From contig OZ245842.1 of NCBI GenBank assembly GCA_965228895.1, forward strand, positions 5,440,001-5,504,000: a stretch of DNA of 64,000 nt, given 5' to 3'. Shown piece after piece: positions 19,646 through 30,510 of the stretch. How positions within the stretch are numbered: position 1 is the stretch's first letter; each line of letters opens with the position of its first letter. Under the pieces are notes generated by a model. It had not been told where the DNA came from. It saw only the letters and a program-made list of their open reading frames with translations, and ran no database searches. Source of the stretch: Alphaproteobacteria bacterium. Its GTDB lineage: Bacteria; Pseudomonadota; Alphaproteobacteria; SP197. The translations under genes were made by a program, and so were the position numbers.

Positions 19646-20442
19646 GCCACGACCGCGCCGTCGCGCAATGCCAGCACCGTACCTTCGTCGACCGGCACCC
19701 AATTCTCGCCGGTCAAGGGCACGCTCGCCAACAGCGTGACCGACTGATCGTTATCGTCGGTGCTTACGCTGATGCCGCCGCCGGACACTTCAATACCTTC
19801 GCCGCCGCAGGTACGCGTCAACCTATGCAAGCCGATGCCGGTCGATCCGTCGTCTTGATGGCGGATATGGCTGTGGGCGAACAGGACGTCGCCGTCGGCG
19901 TACAGGAAATTCGCGCGGCCGACGCTGCGCAGTTCGCCGGCAAAGTTGGCGACTTCGTCCAGTCGGGCCTCCAGGGCCGGCACGCCATCAGCGTCGCGCC
20001 ACAGCTTGCGCATGCGTGCCAGAAGCGAGCAAAAAACATACTCAGAGTCGGTGCTGCCGACCGGATGGTAGCTATCAAGCGGAAAGCGGGAATCGCCCAT
20101 CGCGCCGTCAACAACACCGTTATGGGCAAAGACATGCATGCGCCCGCCCAGCTCGCGGCTGAACGGATGGGTGTTGTAAAGCGCGACGTGGCCGGTGGTC
20201 GCGTAGCGGATATGGCTGATCACGGTCGCACTGACCAGGCCCTGCTCTTCGACGAAACGGACCCAGACGCTGCTGCTTGCTTGGTGCGTGTCCTTGATCA
20301 GCCGGATGTCGCCTTCCTCGTAATAGGCAATGCCCCAGCCATCGCGGTGGGGTCCGGTTTGCCCGCCATGTTCGGCGAAGGTATCCAGCGACAGGTTGAC
20401 GTTGGCCGGTTGACGGCTCGATTTGGCGAACAGCTCACACAT
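19630..20442 (-). CDS. Class II glutamine amidotransferase (YafJ/EgtC-like Ntn hydrolase)
   Basis: N-terminal MC, DGWG, HIRYAT, NTHPF, HNG, TDSE, ASVPL. Confidence 0.9.
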   Translation of the reverse strand: MCELFAKSSRQPANVNLSLDTFAEHGGQTGPHRDGWGIAYYEEGDIRLIKDTHQASSSVWVRFVEEQGLVSATVISHIRYATTGHVALYNTHPFSRELGGRMHVFAHNGVVDGAMGDSRFPLDSYHPVGSTDSEYVFCSLLARMRKLWRDADGVPALEARLDEVANFAGELRSVGRANFLYADGDVLFAHSHIRHQDDGSTGIGLHRLTRTCGGEGIEVSGGGISVSTDDNDQSVTLLASVPLTGENWVPVDEGTVLALRDGAVVAQATA

Positions 20443-20470
20443 GGGTCATGAGGTCCCTCGGGTCGTGTCG

Positions 20471-22048
20471 CTAGAAACGCTCGGCGCTCGCATTCGACCA
20501 GTAGCGGTCGAATGGCTGCGGAAGGGCGCCGCCCAGCATCGCCTCCGGCTCCAGCCAAGGATAGATCTCGGCATAGGACCGGGCCGTGCTGTCGTTGCCA
20601 CGCAGGAAGATATGTCCCGGCGTCAGATCTCCAGGCTGCTCTATGCCCATGGCGCCAAGCAGGGCCAGAAAACTCTCGATGGTTTTTTCGTGATACCGCG
20701 CGACCGTGTAACGCTTTTTATCGATGTCGATGGCCTTGTAACGCTCGGGGTCTTGCGTCGCGACGCCCGTCGGACATCTGTTGGTGTGGCAGCGGAGCGC
20801 CTGAATACAGCCGACCGTGAACATGAACGGCCGTGCGACATTGCAGGTGTCGGCACCCAACGCCATTTTGACAACCATATCGAAACCGGTGGCGACCTTG
20901 CCGCTGGCGCCGATCCGGATCTTGTCGCGCAGACCGGCGCCGACCAGGCTGGTATGGACAAAGGAAAGCCCTTCGTTGATCGGCAGGCCGAGCGAGTTCG
21001 AGAACTCCAGGGGGGCTGCGCCGGTGCCGCCCTCTGATCCGTCGACAACGATGAAATCGGGTGTGATGCCGGTCTTCAACATGCCTTTGACGATACTCAG
21101 GAACTCGCTGCGCCGACCGATGCACAGTTTGAACCCCGCGGGTTTGCCGCCGGAGAGTTCGCGCAATTGCGCGACGAATTCCATCATTTCGCAAGGGTTT
21201 GAATAGGCCGTGTGGGCCGGCGGCGAGATGCAGTCCTGGCCCATCGGCACGCCACGTATTCTCGATATCTCCTCGCTGATCTTGGGTGCTGGCAACACGC
21301 CGCCGTGAGACGGCTTGGCGCCCTGGCTGACCTTGATCTCGACCATCTTGACGTGGTCGTGGCTGGCCTTGTCGCCGAACTGTTCGGGATCGAAGTTGCC
21401 GTCGGCCGTGCGACAGCCGAAGTAGCCCGTGCCAATCTCCCACACGATGTCGCCGCCGCCTTCCAGATGATGCGGTGTCAGGCCGCCTTCGCCGGTGTCT
21501 TGATAAAAGCCGCCGAGGGCGGCGCCGCGGTTCATGGCGATGACCGCGTTGCGCGAAAGCGCGCCATAGCTCATCGCCGACACGTTCAGCCGCGACGCGT
21601 TATAGGGCTGGCTGCAGTCGGGACCCACAACGACACGCGCCACATCCTGTGCCGGCTCTTTCGGCGACAACGAGTGCATGGCGAACTCGATGCCTGACGA
21701 CAGCAGGTCGTGTTGGGTGCCGAACGGCTGGATACCGTCGCCGCCGTGGGCACGCGCGTGAATGACTTCGCGGGTCTCGCGCGGATATGGCCGGCCGGAC
21801 AGGTTGCTGGCGACGAAGTACTGCTGAATTTCCGGGCGGATGAATTCGGCGAGATAACGGATGTGGCCGATCACCGGATAGTTGCGCAGGACATTGTGGA
21901 CGCCGTGAGTCGCGTCATAGACACCGAGCAGAAAGAGCGGCACCAAAATGAGCAGTGACCAAAGAACCGGCGGCCACACGATCGCCCACAGCGCGACCGC
22001 AACGAACAACACGATGGAGACGATGTAAAAACCCTGTCTGACGGTCAC
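20471..22048 (-). CDS. Stand-alone FMN-binding glutamate synthase family protein with N-terminal membrane anchor
   Basis: SAMSYGALS, TGEGG, EIKVSQGAKP, DGSEGGTGAAP, C..ALRC....CP [3Fe-4S] motif, two N-terminal TM segments. Confidence 0.92.
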   Translation of the reverse strand: MTVRQGFYIVSIVLFVAVALWAIVWPPVLWSLLILVPLFLLGVYDATHGVHNVLRNYPVIGHIRYLAEFIRPEIQQYFVASNLSGRPYPRETREVIHARAHGGDGIQPFGTQHDLLSSGIEFAMHSLSPKEPAQDVARVVVGPDCSQPYNASRLNVSAMSYGALSRNAVIAMNRGAALGGFYQDTGEGGLTPHHLEGGGDIVWEIGTGYFGCRTADGNFDPEQFGDKASHDHVKMVEIKVSQGAKPSHGGVLPAPKISEEISRIRGVPMGQDCISPPAHTAYSNPCEMMEFVAQLRELSGGKPAGFKLCIGRRSEFLSIVKGMLKTGITPDFIVVDGSEGGTGAAPLEFSNSLGLPINEGLSFVHTSLVGAGLRDKIRIGASGKVATGFDMVVKMALGADTCNVARPFMFTVGCIQALRCHTNRCPTGVATQDPERYKAIDIDKKRYTVARYHEKTIESFLALLGAMGIEQPGDLTPGHIFLRGNDSTARSYAEIYPWLEPEAMLGGALPQPFDRYWSNASAERF

Positions 22049-22142
22049 GTTCCGGTCAACTCCCCCATGTTGTCTTCATCGCATCGAAACGGCCGCGTCA
22101 TGCGGCGGCGTCTGATGCAACGACGATCACGAAAACCGCCGC

Positions 22143-23246
22143 TCAGTAGCGCAGCACACCCTGTTCTAGGACGTCGGTCGCGTCGCCGGCGTAACGGGTA
22201 TTCTCGCGGTTCTCTTGTTTCTTAATGCCCTGGCTTCGATAGATCTCGATCCTCGGGTCGATCGGACGACTGTCGTGGGCGGTCAGCCAAAGACGCAACA
22301 ACATGCGGCCGGTTTCGGGGCCTGGGCGATCCTCGAAGCCGGTGCGCGCGTGCAGCACCGTATAGTTGTTGGCGAAACAAAGCTGGCCCGGCGGCATCAT
22401 GAACTCGACCTTCATGTCGTCACGCTGCGCGGTGTCGTCGAAAAATTCCAACGCCTCACGCTCGAAGTCGCCGATCTCTTCACCAAGTTCCTCATAGGCC
22501 ATGTAGATATAGCCGGCGATGTAGCGCGTGCTAACCACACCGTCGCGATGGCACAGCACCGGCACCTCGTGTGGTGTCACCGGTTCTTCGCCGGGTGCTT
22601 GTTCGCCGAAACGATGATAACGGAAACCGCGATAGAGCGGTTCCAGCAGGTCGGGCCGGGCCTTCAGGATCTCGTTATGGACGGCGAGCGCGCTGGCGTA
22701 TTGCGACAGCCCGCCTTCATCGGCCGGCCGGATCGACAACATGCCCAGGATGCCGCAGCCGTCGGTGTGCAGGGTGAGCGGCATGCTGTTGCGGTAGGCG
22801 CGCTCCTTCGGGTCCTTGCCGCCGACATTGATGACATGCCCCAGCCTGTCGCCCATGACCGACTGCGATACGCCGGTGCCGAAATGGGTGCCGATGCCCC
22901 AATAGACGATCTCGGTTTTAGACAACGGCCAGTCCTCGACCGGCAACCGGTCGATCAGCACCAGGCCGCGGCCATCGATGATCTCGCGGTAGATATCGGC
23001 GAGGTCGTCGGCAATGGCCGGCACCTCGAAGTGCTCCCGCTCGACTTGATCGAGACTAAGGCCGGCGCGATCGATCGCCCGCCATGCTTCCTCAAAGGCG
23101 TCGATGTGCCGTTGGTCGAACCGGAGCGTGATGTCGTCCAGGCTCGAAAAATCACTGGCCTTCCAGGCCGCCGGATGGTCGACCGGTTCGAGATAGGCGT
23201 GTCCCACGCGATCGCCTCCCTCAGGCGTTGTTGGCGCTTCGTTCAA
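22143..23246 (-). CDS. TauD/clavaminate-synthase-like Fe(II)/2OG dioxygenase
   Basis: LHTD, NNYTVLHART, LLRLWL. Confidence 0.85.
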   Translation of the reverse strand: MNEAPTTPEGGDRVGHAYLEPVDHPAAWKASDFSSLDDITLRFDQRHIDAFEEAWRAIDRAGLSLDQVEREHFEVPAIADDLADIYREIIDGRGLVLIDRLPVEDWPLSKTEIVYWGIGTHFGTGVSQSVMGDRLGHVINVGGKDPKERAYRNSMPLTLHTDGCGILGMLSIRPADEGGLSQYASALAVHNEILKARPDLLEPLYRGFRYHRFGEQAPGEEPVTPHEVPVLCHRDGVVSTRYIAGYIYMAYEELGEEIGDFEREALEFFDDTAQRDDMKVEFMMPPGQLCFANNYTVLHARTGFEDRPGPETGRMLLRLWLTAHDSRPIDPRIEIYRSQGIKKQENRENTRYAGDATDVLEQGVLRY

Positions 23247-23342
23247 TCAAGTCTAGCCGCAACAGGCGCGGTCGCGCCATGGGTGCTTTGTCAGGCGCCC
23301 GCTCCGCGCTAGGTTCACCATCTGGGAACCGGGGAGGGCGCG

Positions 23343-23693
23343 TTGATCACCGTCTATGGCTTGAAGAACTGCGATACCTGCAAAAAAGCGCTGGCGTGGC
23401 TCAAGACCGAGGGCATTGATCATCAATTCCGCGATGTCCGCGCGGACGGCCTGGACGCCGGTGACGTCAAAGCCTGGGTCAGCGAGCTGGGCAGCGATGT
23501 TCTGGTCAACACGCGCGGCACAACCTGGCGCGGTCTTGATGCGGCCGACAAGGCGGATATGGACGATGCCAAGGCGGCGGCGCTTATCCTCGCCCATCCG
23601 GCGTTGATGAAGCGTCCCGTTTTTGATCTGGGGGATCGCCGTCTGGTCGGCTTCAAGGACGCCCAGAAAGAGGCGCTTCAGGCGCTGGCATAG
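23343..23693 (+). CDS. ArsC/Spx (YffB-like) family protein
   Basis: YGLKNCDTCKKA, NTRGTTWR, LMKRP. Confidence 0.9.
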   Translation: MITVYGLKNCDTCKKALAWLKTEGIDHQFRDVRADGLDAGDVKAWVSELGSDVLVNTRGTTWRGLDAADKADMDDAKAAALILAHPALMKRPVFDLGDRRLVGFKDAQKEALQALA

Positions 23694-24160
23694 GCCAGCG
23701 GCAGGGCGGTCGTGTACTTGATGCGCTCCATGGCGAACATGGAGCTGACATCGAAGAACCGCACCTTGGCGATCAACGACTTGTAGACCCGGTCGTAACC
23801 CTGGATGTCGGGGACAACCACCTTCAGCAGGTAATCGATATCGCCCGCCATGCGATAGATCTCGACGACCTCCGGCACATCCGCGACCTCGCGGGCAAAG
23901 TCCGTCAGCCATTCCGCGTTATGCTGGTCCGTCTTGATGGCGACGAACACCGTGATGCCGACATTGACCTTGTTGGGGTCCAGAAGCGCCACGCGCCCGG
24001 TGATAAAGCCGTCCCGCTCGAGCCGCTGAATGCGGCGCCAGCACGGTGTGGTCGATAGATTGACGGCTTCGGCAATCTGCGCGAGCGACAGACTGGCATC
24101 CGCCTGCAACAGCTCAAGTATCTCAATATCCTTGGTGTTAAGGGAAGTTTTTTCCTGCAT
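23678..24160 (-). CDS. Lrp/AsnC family regulator (DecR/YbaO-like)
   Basis: LSTTPCWRRI HTH, YRMAGDIDYLL, SSMFAME.IKYTT.LP. Confidence 0.9.
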   Translation of the reverse strand: MQEKTSLNTKDIEILELLQADASLSLAQIAEAVNLSTTPCWRRIQRLERDGFITGRVALLDPNKVNVGITVFVAIKTDQHNAEWLTDFAREVADVPEVVEIYRMAGDIDYLLKVVVPDIQGYDRVYKSLIAKVRFFDVSSMFAMERIKYTTALPLAYASA

Positions 24161-24321
24161 GGCCAAATCTCATAGAATGAATTGCTCAAACCTCTACCAA
24201 TGACCTTATGATTGGCAAGCTTTTTTCTCGCGCGGACGGTTACGATTCCGCCCGTCCTGAAGACCCTGAATCGGGTCGGGGACATAGGTGAGGCGGCGTC
24301 AACAACGGTGAGCATGGTTCG

Positions 24322-24579
24322 ATGATTTCTCTTTTCACTCGGCATCCCGAATCGGTCGGCGAGACCTATTTCGAGCACATGGGCATGGCCTCCAGCTTCG
24401 GCCTGAAGATGCTGGCGGCAGGATGCTGCTGTCTGCTTCACGGCCTGTTTCCTTTTCTGTTCGTCAAGACCGGCAGCACGGCTATTGCCGACCTCCATCA
24501 CCGCATGGTGACGCACCGCAGGCGCGATGATGCGCCGTCGGCGGAACAGACTGTTCGGATCAGCCGCCCGGCTTGGTGA
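24322..24579 (+). CDS. Small membrane protein (DUF6356-like)
   Basis: FT.HP.SVGETYFEH, HGLFPFLF..TGS. Divergent from the Lrp regulator. Confidence 0.7.
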   Translation: MISLFTRHPESVGETYFEHMGMASSFGLKMLAAGCCCLLHGLFPFLFVKTGSTAIADLHHRMVTHRRRDDAPSAEQTVRISRPAW

Positions 24580-24683
24580 ACGCCGGCCCCGCTAAGGGGC
24601 GGGGTTATCCAAGAGTCGGAATTTGATTGGCAGTGCGTGCGCGCGCTGGCAACGTCTCGCCGGTTTCTTCTGGCGAGGTTCTG

Positions 24684-26765
24684 ATGGCGCGCATGGCGGT
24701 CGATATCGGCGGCACGTTTACCGATGTCGCGATTGAGAAGGACGACGGCGGTCTGATCACCGCCAAGGTTCCGACGACACCGGCAGCGCCGGAAACCGGT
24801 GTGATGGACGGCGTCCTGTTGGCGCTGTCCGACGCCGGCCTCAAGCCAGGCGCTATCGACCACGTCATTCACGGCACGACCCTGGCCACCAACGCGCTGA
24901 TCGAACGCAAAGGCGCGGTGACCGCGCTTGTCGTGACGGAAGGTTTCCGCGACACCCTGGCGATCGCCTATGAGAGCCGGTACGACCAGTACGACGTCTT
25001 TCTTGAAAAGCCGGCGCCGGTCGTGCCGCGTTACCTGACTTTGCCGGTCGGCGAACGCCTCAACATTCACGGCGAGGTGCTCGATCCACTCGACGAGACG
25101 GCGCTTGCCGGTGTTCTCGAAACCATCGACGAACATCAGGTCGAGGCGGTGGCGATCGGCTTTCTACATGCTTACGCCAACCCAGCGCACGAGCGCCGCT
25201 TTGCCGATCTTCTACGTGACGCCAGACCGGATCTCTATCTGACGCTATCGTCGGAAGTCTGTCCGGAGATGCGCGAATACGAACGCCTCTCGACGGCGGC
25301 CTGCAACGCCTATGTCCAGCCGCTGATGGCCCGCTACCTCGGCGCGTTGAACGACGCCTTGGCCAAGGCCGGGTTTGACGCGCCACTCTTGATGATGACA
25401 TCGGGCGGTGGCCTGTGCGCGTTGCAGACGGCCACGCGATTTCCCATACGCCTGGTCGAGTCGGGCCCCAGCGGCGGCGCGATCCTGTCGGCGACCGTTG
25501 CGGCGCAGCGCGGTGACCGGGAAGTCCTTTCCTATGACATGGGCGGCACGACGGCGAAGATCTGTCTGATCGACGACTACACGCCACAGACCGCGCGCCG
25601 CTTCGAGATCGCACGCGCCGCGCGATTCATGAAGGGCAGCGGCACGCCGGTGCGCATTCCCGTCATCGAGATGATCGAGATCGGCGCCGGCGGCGGTTCG
25701 ATCGCCCATGTCGACGAACTCCAGCGTATTGCCGTCGGACCGGAGAGCGCGGGTTCGGAGCCGGGACCGGCCTGCTACACCCGGGGTGGCTTGCGCCCGA
25801 CTGTCACCGATGGTGATCTGCTGTTGGGGCGCCTTGACGCCGACCGCTTTGCCGATGGACGCATGAAGCTCGACACCGGCCTGGCGCAGGACGCCGTCGG
25901 CCGCGATGTCGGCGCCCCCTTGGGCCTCGATGCGCCGCTTGCCGCGCACGGTCTTTCCGAGGTCGTTGATGAAAGCATGGCGAACGCCGCACGGGTGCAC
26001 GCGGTCGAGCGCGGCAAGGAACTGCGGCAGCGCACCTTGATCGCGTTCGGTGGTGCCGGTCCGCTGCATGCCGCCCGGCTCGCCGAAAAACTCGACCTCG
26101 CCCGCATCGTCGTGCCGGAGAGTCCCGGCGTCGGCTCGGCGGTCGGTTTTCTGATGGCGCCGGTTGCCTATGAGGTCGTCAAAAGCCACTACATGACACT
26201 TGACGGTTTTGACGCCGCCGCGGTGACGGCGTTGTTCGACGACCTTGCGGCCGAAGCCCGCGACGTTGTTGGGCAAGCGGTCAAGGACGTACCGCTTGAC
26301 GAGCGGCGCACCTGTTTCATGCGCTATCTCGGTCAGGGTCACGAGATCGAGGTCGAGGTGCCGGCGCGCCCGCTGACCGTCGACGACCGCGACGCGATCC
26401 GCGCTGCCTATGACGAAACCTACACCCGTATGTACGGGCGCACGGTGCCGGCGATGGATATCGAAGTGTTGAGCTGGACGCTGACCTTGACCGCCAAAGG
26501 CCAGGGTCTTGAAGCGTCGCTGGACGAGATCGCCGATCACGACGCCGTCGCTGCCGGATCACGCCGGTTGTTCGATGGCTATGCCGGAGACTTCGTCGAG
26601 GCGCCGGTCTTCGATCGGGCCGCACTCAAGCCAGGGGCACGGTTCCGTGGCCCGTGCGTCGTGACCGAAGGTCAGACCTCGACGGTCGTGACATCGCGCT
26701 TCACCGGACGCATCGACGGCCACCGCCATATCGTGCTGGAGCAAATCCAGGAGGCTGCGGAATGA
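24684..26765 (+). CDS. Hydantoinase A / 5-oxoprolinase ATP-binding subunit
   Basis: DIGGTFTD, HGTT, ESGP, DMGGTT, GAGGGS, AFGGAG. Confidence 0.95.
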   Translation: MARMAVDIGGTFTDVAIEKDDGGLITAKVPTTPAAPETGVMDGVLLALSDAGLKPGAIDHVIHGTTLATNALIERKGAVTALVVTEGFRDTLAIAYESRYDQYDVFLEKPAPVVPRYLTLPVGERLNIHGEVLDPLDETALAGVLETIDEHQVEAVAIGFLHAYANPAHERRFADLLRDARPDLYLTLSSEVCPEMREYERLSTAACNAYVQPLMARYLGALNDALAKAGFDAPLLMMTSGGGLCALQTATRFPIRLVESGPSGGAILSATVAAQRGDREVLSYDMGGTTAKICLIDDYTPQTARRFEIARAARFMKGSGTPVRIPVIEMIEIGAGGGSIAHVDELQRIAVGPESAGSEPGPACYTRGGLRPTVTDGDLLLGRLDADRFADGRMKLDTGLAQDAVGRDVGAPLGLDAPLAAHGLSEVVDESMANAARVHAVERGKELRQRTLIAFGGAGPLHAARLAEKLDLARIVVPESPGVGSAVGFLMAPVAYEVVKSHYMTLDGFDAAAVTALFDDLAAEARDVVGQAVKDVPLDERRTCFMRYLGQGHEIEVEVPARPLTVDDRDAIRAAYDETYTRMYGRTVPAMDIEVLSWTLTLTAKGQGLEASLDEIADHDAVAAGSRRLFDGYAGDFVEAPVFDRAALKPGARFRGPCVVTEGQTSTVVTSRFTGRIDGHRHIVLEQIQEAAE

Positions 26766-28393
26766 GCGACGCGCTTGACCGGATCAACCGGCAGATCATG
26801 TGGGACCGCTTGCAGGCGGTCGTTGAGGAGCAGGGTCAGACCCTGACCCGCGCGGCGTTCAGCCCGATCGTCCGGGAATGCGGCGATATCTCCGCCGGCA
26901 TCTTCGATCTGGACGGCCTGATGATCGCACAGGCGGTCACCGGCACGCCCGGGCACATCAACACCATGGCCGCCTCGGTCGGCCACTTCATCAAACACTT
27001 TCGGCCGCAGACCATGCGTCCCGGCGATATCTACATGACCAACGATCCCTGGATGGGCTCGGGTCATTTGAACGACTTTGTGCTGGTGCGCCCTTGTTTC
27101 CTGGACGATCGGTTGATCGGCTACAACTCCTGCACCTCCCACCTGATCGACCTGGGCGGGCGCGGCACCGGACCGGAAGGCCGCGACGTGCATGAGGAGG
27201 GGCTCTATATTCCCATGGTCAAGCTGGTCGATCAGGGCGCGATCAACGAGACCCTGATGGATATCGTGCGCGCCAACAGCCGCATGCCGGTACAGAACGA
27301 AGGTGACGTCTATGCCCTGATCGCCTGCGCGGAAGTCGGCGAAGAGCGCCTGATCGCCATGATGCGTGAGTTCGCCATCGATGGCCTGGACGATCTGGGC
27401 CGGCACATTCTCAAGACGTCGGAAGACGCAACGCGTAGACGCATCGCCGAACTGCCGGACGGTGTCTGGGATCACGAGCTTAGACTCGATGGCTACGATT
27501 TCGAGATCGCCCTGAAGGCGCGGCTCGCCATCGAGGGCGATACGCTGACTGTCGACTTTACCGGGACATCGCCAGCCTCGCGCTTCGGCATCAATGTGCC
27601 GATTACCTATGCCCAGGCCTATACGGTGTTTGGGCTCAAATGCATCATCGCACCGGACATCCCGAACAACGCCGGTGCGCTCGCGCCCTTCATCGTGACG
27701 GCGCCGGAAGGGTCGATCCTTAATCCGCTGAAACCAGCGCCGGTCTCCCAGCGCCATGTCATCGGCCAGCTTCTGCCCGACACCGTGTTCGGCTGCCTCG
27801 ACCAGGCGATGCCGGGCCGCGTGCCGGCTGAAGGCACGGGCTGTCTGTGGAGCATGGTGATGCGCAGCACGATCGGCAGCCAGGCCGATGGCAACGCGCC
27901 GGCGTTCATGATCGAGCCGGTGCACAACGGGGGTACCGGCGGTCGTCCGTCGAGCGACGGCCTGTCGGCGACGGCTTACCCGTCGGGCGTCATGGGAAGC
28001 CAGGTCGAGCTGACCGAGAGCACGTGTCCGCTCATCATTCGGCGACGCGAGCTGCGGCCGGACTCCGCCGGCGACGGTGCGTACCGCGGCGGCTTTGGCC
28101 AGATTCTGGAAATCGAACACAGCGCCGGCGCGCCGTTCATGCTGGGCTCCGCCGTCGAGCGCGTCACCTATCCGCCGCGCGGCCGCCATGGCGGCCACGA
28201 TGGCGCCGCCGGCGAGTTGTGGCTGGCGTCCGGAGCGGCGCTGCCGGCCAAGGGCGAGAAGGAAATCCCCGCCGGCGATCGCCTGATCATCAAGACACCC
28301 GGCGGTGGCGGTTACGGCGATCCCGCCAGGCGAGACGCCGCGTTGCGTGACGCCGACCGGCGCGATGGTTTGGTGACAGCAAAACAGAACTAG
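26762..28393 (+). CDS. Hydantoinase B / 5-oxoprolinase subunit
   Basis: [35 protein letters not shown] overlap. Confidence 0.95.
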   Translation: MSDALDRINRQIMWDRLQAVVEEQGQTLTRAAFSPIVRECGDISAGIFDLDGLMIAQAVTGTPGHINTMAASVGHFIKHFRPQTMRPGDIYMTNDPWMGSGHLNDFVLVRPCFLDDRLIGYNSCTSHLIDLGGRGTGPEGRDVHEEGLYIPMVKLVDQGAINETLMDIVRANSRMPVQNEGDVYALIACAEVGEERLIAMMREFAIDGLDDLGRHILKTSEDATRRRIAELPDGVWDHELRLDGYDFEIALKARLAIEGDTLTVDFTGTSPASRFGINVPITYAQAYTVFGLKCIIAPDIPNNAGALAPFIVTAPEGSILNPLKPAPVSQRHVIGQLLPDTVFGCLDQAMPGRVPAEGTGCLWSMVMRSTIGSQADGNAPAFMIEPVHNGGTGGRPSSDGLSATAYPSGVMGSQVELTESTCPLIIRRRELRPDSAGDGAYRGGFGQILEIEHSAGAPFMLGSAVERVTYPPRGRHGGHDGAAGELWLASGAALPAKGEKEIPAGDRLIIKTPGGGGYGDPARRDAALRDADRRDGLVTAKQN

Positions 28394-28416
28394 ACCTTAC
28401 GCCAGTCGGTTGTCAC

Positions 28417-29733
28417 CTAGCGGTTCACCCACCGGTCGTGAAGGTCGTACATCTGCATGGCGAGCGGCACGAACCATGTGTTGTTGGTCAAGAACGAGAG
28501 GTTCGGGAAGTCACGGTCGCTGAAAATCGTTCGGCCCTTCTCCAGACCCATCACCTGCCAGGCCACCTTGTGGCCCAGATAGGTTCCCATGGGCATCCCG
28601 ACGAACGAATAGCCGGTGGCATAGTAGACACCCTTTTGGTGGATTAGTTTCGGCAGACGATCGACGGGCGCGGAGCACCATCCGGTCCAAAAGCGCCCAA
28701 GCTGGATGTCGCCAAGCTGCGGGAACACCCCGACGAACTGATGGCGTAGCTTTCGTGCCTTGGCTTCCAGGGTGTCTTCTTCCGTACCGGTCAAGCCTGA
28801 CATCAAGATGCGCCGGCCATCGGGTGCGACCTGGATCGCCGTGGTGTTGAAGTTGTAGTCCAGATAGGTCCGCCGGTTGGGCATCAACGTGTCGAGTTGG
28901 TTTTCGCTTAACTCTTCCGTCGCCATGGCAAAGGCATGAAACGGGATCAAACGTGATCGCAGCCAATTGAGGTCCGAACCCGTATAGCCGTTCGTGGCGA
29001 CGATGACGTCGCGCGCACGTATCCGGCCATGGGACGTTTCGATGTCGAGCCAACCGTCCGCATCGGGCTCGCCGATAAGGTCGACCTTGGTATGCGGGTG
29101 CACCTCCGCACCGCTTTCCATGGCGCGGTCAAGCAGGCCCGCGTGATACTTGCCGGGGTGGAAACTGCCGAGGTCCGGTACGTAAATGGCGCCAATGAAG
29201 TCCTCTGACCCGTTGAACTCGCCCAGCAACGCGTCGCGATCCAACACCTCGAAACGCTGACCGAGGTGTTCCTGTTTCAACGTGTACTCATTGACGATGT
29301 CGTCAAACTGGCGTTTCGAACGGGCAAGAAAAACCCGACCGCAGGCGCGATAGTGGCAGTCGATCTTTTCTGCCTCCACCGTCCGGCTCACGCTCTCGAA
29401 CGCTTCGCGTGCTTCCAGATAGTAGGCCTTGGCCTGCGCCAGGCCGCGCCGTTTGATCAGGTCACCGAAGCTGCGCTTGAGTGCGCTTCCGACAAAGCCC
29501 ATGTTGCGCGTGCTGGCGCCATAACCGGCGTCTTCGGCATCCAACACCGCGACATGGCGACCGCCGCGTGCGAGCTCGCGCGCCGCGTTCAGACCCGTGA
29601 CGCCCGAACCGACGATGACGACATCAGCCCGCTCGGGCAATGGTTGGACACCGAGCTGCGGCCGTGGCGCCGCGTCCCACCAATACGGCGCCTGTTTATA
29701 GTCTGGCGCGAAGATATCCGATGCGGCGCTCAT
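28417..29733 (-). CDS. FAD-dependent oxidoreductase (DadA/PuuB-like)
   Basis: PYWW, GSGVTG, GASTRN.G, ATNGY. Confidence 0.85.
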   Translation of the reverse strand: MSAASDIFAPDYKQAPYWWDAAPRPQLGVQPLPERADVVIVGSGVTGLNAARELARGGRHVAVLDAEDAGYGASTRNMGFVGSALKRSFGDLIKRRGLAQAKAYYLEAREAFESVSRTVEAEKIDCHYRACGRVFLARSKRQFDDIVNEYTLKQEHLGQRFEVLDRDALLGEFNGSEDFIGAIYVPDLGSFHPGKYHAGLLDRAMESGAEVHPHTKVDLIGEPDADGWLDIETSHGRIRARDVIVATNGYTGSDLNWLRSRLIPFHAFAMATEELSENQLDTLMPNRRTYLDYNFNTTAIQVAPDGRRILMSGLTGTEEDTLEAKARKLRHQFVGVFPQLGDIQLGRFWTGWCSAPVDRLPKLIHQKGVYYATGYSFVGMPMGTYLGHKVAWQVMGLEKGRTIFSDRDFPNLSFLTNNTWFVPLAMQMYDLHDRWVNR

Positions 29734-29854
29734 GACGGGAAGCCTCCGACCGCTCCATACCGATGGCAAGGATAACACTCTGGGCGACCACGCCAACCCG
29801 ATGGGCTGGACCGCTGCGCTGTGTGGTCCTAGCTTGTTCCGAGGGTTGCCGTAG

Positions 29855-30388
29855 GTGGATCGCGTGATGATGGGCCAATCGAGGCAAGGTGCCGGGCGTG
29901 CAACGCGGCGGTGGATTGGATCGACAGTCTTCGTTCTGACGGTCTATGCGATCCTGGAAACGGCGCATGCGCGAGACCTCTGTGCCGACATCAATGATTT
30001 GATCGAACAGTCGCGATCGCAATTTGCCGAGATTGCCGCGGAAGCGAGTGACGAGACCGGCGATCACGTGGCAACGCGGGTGCTGGCCGACGCCACCTAT
30101 TGCCGTATCACCGCATCATCCGAAGACAGTGCGTACTACTGTGCTTGGGCCTTTCCTTATCGCGCCGAGATCGCGGCCGAGACGTTCGACCAGCTCGCGC
30201 TCGGTATCGGTGAGTGTGTGGGCCCACATGCGACCGTCCATGGGGACCAGGGCGTTAATCACCCGGACTTCTATGACGTACGCCGTTTTCGGACCGAGGC
30301 GGCAGACGTGAGTGTCTCGATCAAAGACAAGGTCGCTTTGGACGCAACGTACGTGTTCGTCCGCGTCCATGGCCGGACCGACGGCTGA
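29855..30388 (+). CDS. Hypothetical, probably secreted Cys-containing protein (start uncertain)
   Basis: Fills the gap between genes. Hydrophobic stretch ending A-H-A and four Cys. Confidence 0.55.
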   Translation: MDRVMMGQSRQGAGRATRRWIGSTVFVLTVYAILETAHARDLCADINDLIEQSRSQFAEIAAEASDETGDHVATRVLADATYCRITASSEDSAYYCAWAFPYRAEIAAETFDQLALGIGECVGPHATVHGDQGVNHPDFYDVRRFRTEAADVSVSIKDKVALDATYVFVRVHGRTDG

Positions 30389-30510
30389 CCGTCGCGAACG
30401 GTTTTCTCAAAGGATGTCAGCCTGATGACGGGTTTGGTCCTGGCGTGATAGGCTAAGTCCGCCGCAAGAAAAACAACAATGACCGGCGACATACCAAGGG
30501 GGAGAAAGCC

